DNA of 63,418 nucleotides, filler included, from Octopus bimaculoides (taxonomy: Eukaryota), in NCBI RefSeq assembly GCF_001194135.2. It is 4 parts of 3 records of this genome, joined end to end, with 100 filler letters (N's around TTAATTAATTAA, not from the genome) between each part and the next. Parts side by side here need not be neighbours in the genome. Positions count along the whole stretch, not along the records: positions 60,899 to 63,418 come from NC_068996.1; 3 more parts are not named here. One strand, 5' to 3'. Within the stretch, counting starts at the first letter, position 1, and every line of letters starts with the position of its first letter. The notes under the pieces are model-generated. The model saw nothing but the letters and a program-made list of their open reading frames with translations. It did not search any database and was not told the origin of the DNA. A program made the translations under genes and the position numbers. Shown piece by piece: positions 61,380 to 63,418 of this stretch.

Positions 61380-62500
61380 TATTATTCGTTCTTTCACTAT
61401 TTGCTTGATTATGGGGAGGTTTATAAAATCTTCCGTTTTATATTTCTGCTAGCTCTTAACATTTACTCCTCTAGCAGTTCCATGGAAACTGATACATCTC
61501 CCCGCAGAGATTCGATCCATTTTTGTATTGCTACGTTCCACTTAGGAGGTCTGTTGACACCTAGCTGAGCAGTTACAACTTTAGCAATGGACTTGATGAG
61601 GTTATTTAAGGTTATTAGGTCATTTCCCTTATTATTTAAGATCTGTCTATGAGCAACATTATACATCATGATTGTGTTGTTAATTTAATGCTATTTGAGA
61701 ACGTTGGTAGTGGTTCTCTATTGATGATGTCAGTAAACTCAGCCTTGCCGGGTTCTCTCATAATGTCTCCTTTTGCTTCTATGATCTCTTTATTATTCTC
61801 CTCAAATTCTGTGTCATATCTATTCTGTTTTTCGCTATTCTTTCTTCAGCTTCCTCGTTGGGATGCACAGCTCGTATACTGCGTTCTGCGCATCTGTTAC
61901 TTATTTCATCTGCATTGTTGCTGTTTTCATGATGTCTACCATGAGATATTTGTTTCCTAATTTGGCTAATTTCAGAGTCAGTTAATCTTTTATTCTTAAT
62001 TGTGTCTCTACCTACATTAGTTAACTTATTTGCGTCTATATATCTGCGTACTTCGTTGCCTACTAAGTTTCTCCATGAAGTGTATGTTTGTACAATGAGG
62101 TTATTGTTTAGGTTTAGCTAGAGATGTATAGAAAGCTTTCAACACACCTCTATAATCCACTCTAGTCCATTTTATGCGTTTTGCTTTAGGAGGTGTCGCT
62201 AGTTCTAGGGTTAGGGTTATCCTGGTTCTGGTTATCTGAGAGTTTGTCCCAGCAGCAAACTTTTCGACCCTAGTGTGGGTCCCCAGTGGGTAATGCGGTT
62301 CTTGTCCCGAGTGATGACGATCCGGTATTAGTTTTTGCTTGTTATTAAAACATTGACGGTGACAATAGGAGACAGGTCTGTTTGTTCAAGGTTAACTATT
62401 TGATATGACACCGCTTCATTGTTCTTCGAATGGATATAGCTGTCAAATTGTAGGCTGATAGATCGAAAATCGCCTCTACTTTTTTTGGTTGCTATGTTTC
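61380..62500 (-). mobile_element. N-terminal ORF region of an R4/Dong-like element
   Basis: KRIKWTRVDY...KAFY...TYTSWR...DANKLTNV...IKNKRLTDSEI and LNNLIKSIAKVVTAQLG..PPKW...I.SLRGDVS; frameshifted. Confidence 0.8.
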
Positions 62501-63418
62501 CGGGCATAACTATTTAGTGATATTTTAAACTGTGACTGATTTGCTCCTTTTTATAGTCGTTTGTGTGAAGTTGCTTTGTTTTTGTTTGGTTCGGTTTTTT
62601 AATTTTATTTTCTGTATGTCGTGTTGGCATTATTTATGTTGCTAGTAAATATTAGCATGTGCACAAAGATGCATGGGTAGTTGTATGTATAGGTAATTAT
62701 TCAATTTACGTACTTAGTGTGTTTGGTGTGTTTTTCCAGGGTTCCTGGAGCTGGTCTCGCCATCTTACGTATATCACATTGAGACAACACGCATTTAAGA
62801 AAGAAACAACACTCTATTTAACAAAAATCTTGCTGATTTTTTAGTTCCTTTGTTTCAGAATTTTTCTCTCAACTGTATTGCGATGTTTTCCTTCCATTGC
62901 ACCGATGTTATTGGATTAAATTTGTTTTTGTAGAGAGAGCTTCTTAGTGTACGTCCATGTTATTATTTAGCCCGAAGCTATTATTATTATTATTATTATC
63001 CCCTTCTCCTCCCTTTCTTCGTCTTATTTATTTATCTAATGGTACAGTGTTAGTCAGTAATCATATGCTGGATTAGAATTAAAGTGCATGGTAATATTTT
63101 ATGCGGTCTTTACAGTACGGTTTAACGAATGGGTGAACATTCTCACTTATCCTTCTGTTACTATTTGCGCTCTGAAAATAATTTAATATATTATGACTCA
63201 TATTTTTATTACTTAGAAGGAAGGCCAGAAATTTACAATTAAAAGTCATAAATAACTCAAACTCAACGCAGTCGTGGTACAAGGATATTTATTTCATTAG
63301 TGTTCAATAGGTAAGGTTTTTCATAGTAGGAAATTGTAAAATAAATAAATAAATAAATACATTCATACATACAACACACATGCAGAACTGATAGAAATTT
63401 CATATATATATATATATA

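Noticed and set aside
62204-62218. TTAGGG-like repeats (also TAACCC x2 at ~20166)
   Set aside because: Only two units; not an interstitial telomere.

Overview
Repeat-dense, gap-rich eukaryotic genomic window. The SINE families, RTE/CR1/Dong/Penelope relics and (TA)n/(CA)n/(GAT)n microsatellites look, from my recollection of those families, like a coleoid cephalopod, most likely Octopus. One host gene is well supported: a minus-strand GT7 (beta-1,4-galactosyltransferase family) glycosyltransferase. Its six coding exons (31969-31777, 29095-28863, 25700-25513, 23292-23170, 21984-21889, 20596-20320) have GT-AG junctions with compatible phases and join into 1110 nt (369 aa). The protein has an N-terminal membrane anchor, DVD, WGWGNEDDD and KMVRH motifs, and an unusual ~45-aa C-terminal tail. 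The most striking hidden signal is a set of six minimal type-I hammerhead ribozyme motifs, from intact to eroded (9311-9378 minus; 28356-28391, 37661-37769, 42052-42088, 43036-43100 and 44823-44876 plus), plus a seventh very eroded candidate at ~13460. Most have the palindromic helix III typical of dimer-acting Penelope/retrozyme hammerheads. The best one sits in the loop of a ~380-bp fold-back element with ~148-bp inverted arms, an architecture I cannot assign to a known family. Other oddities include a 3' tRNA-Trp half with CCA next to an LTR-like end, a 93-bp MITE with an 8-bp TSD, and a 55-bp insertion templated from nearby DNA in inverted orientation. All calls were made by eye; no folding, alignment or database search was run.
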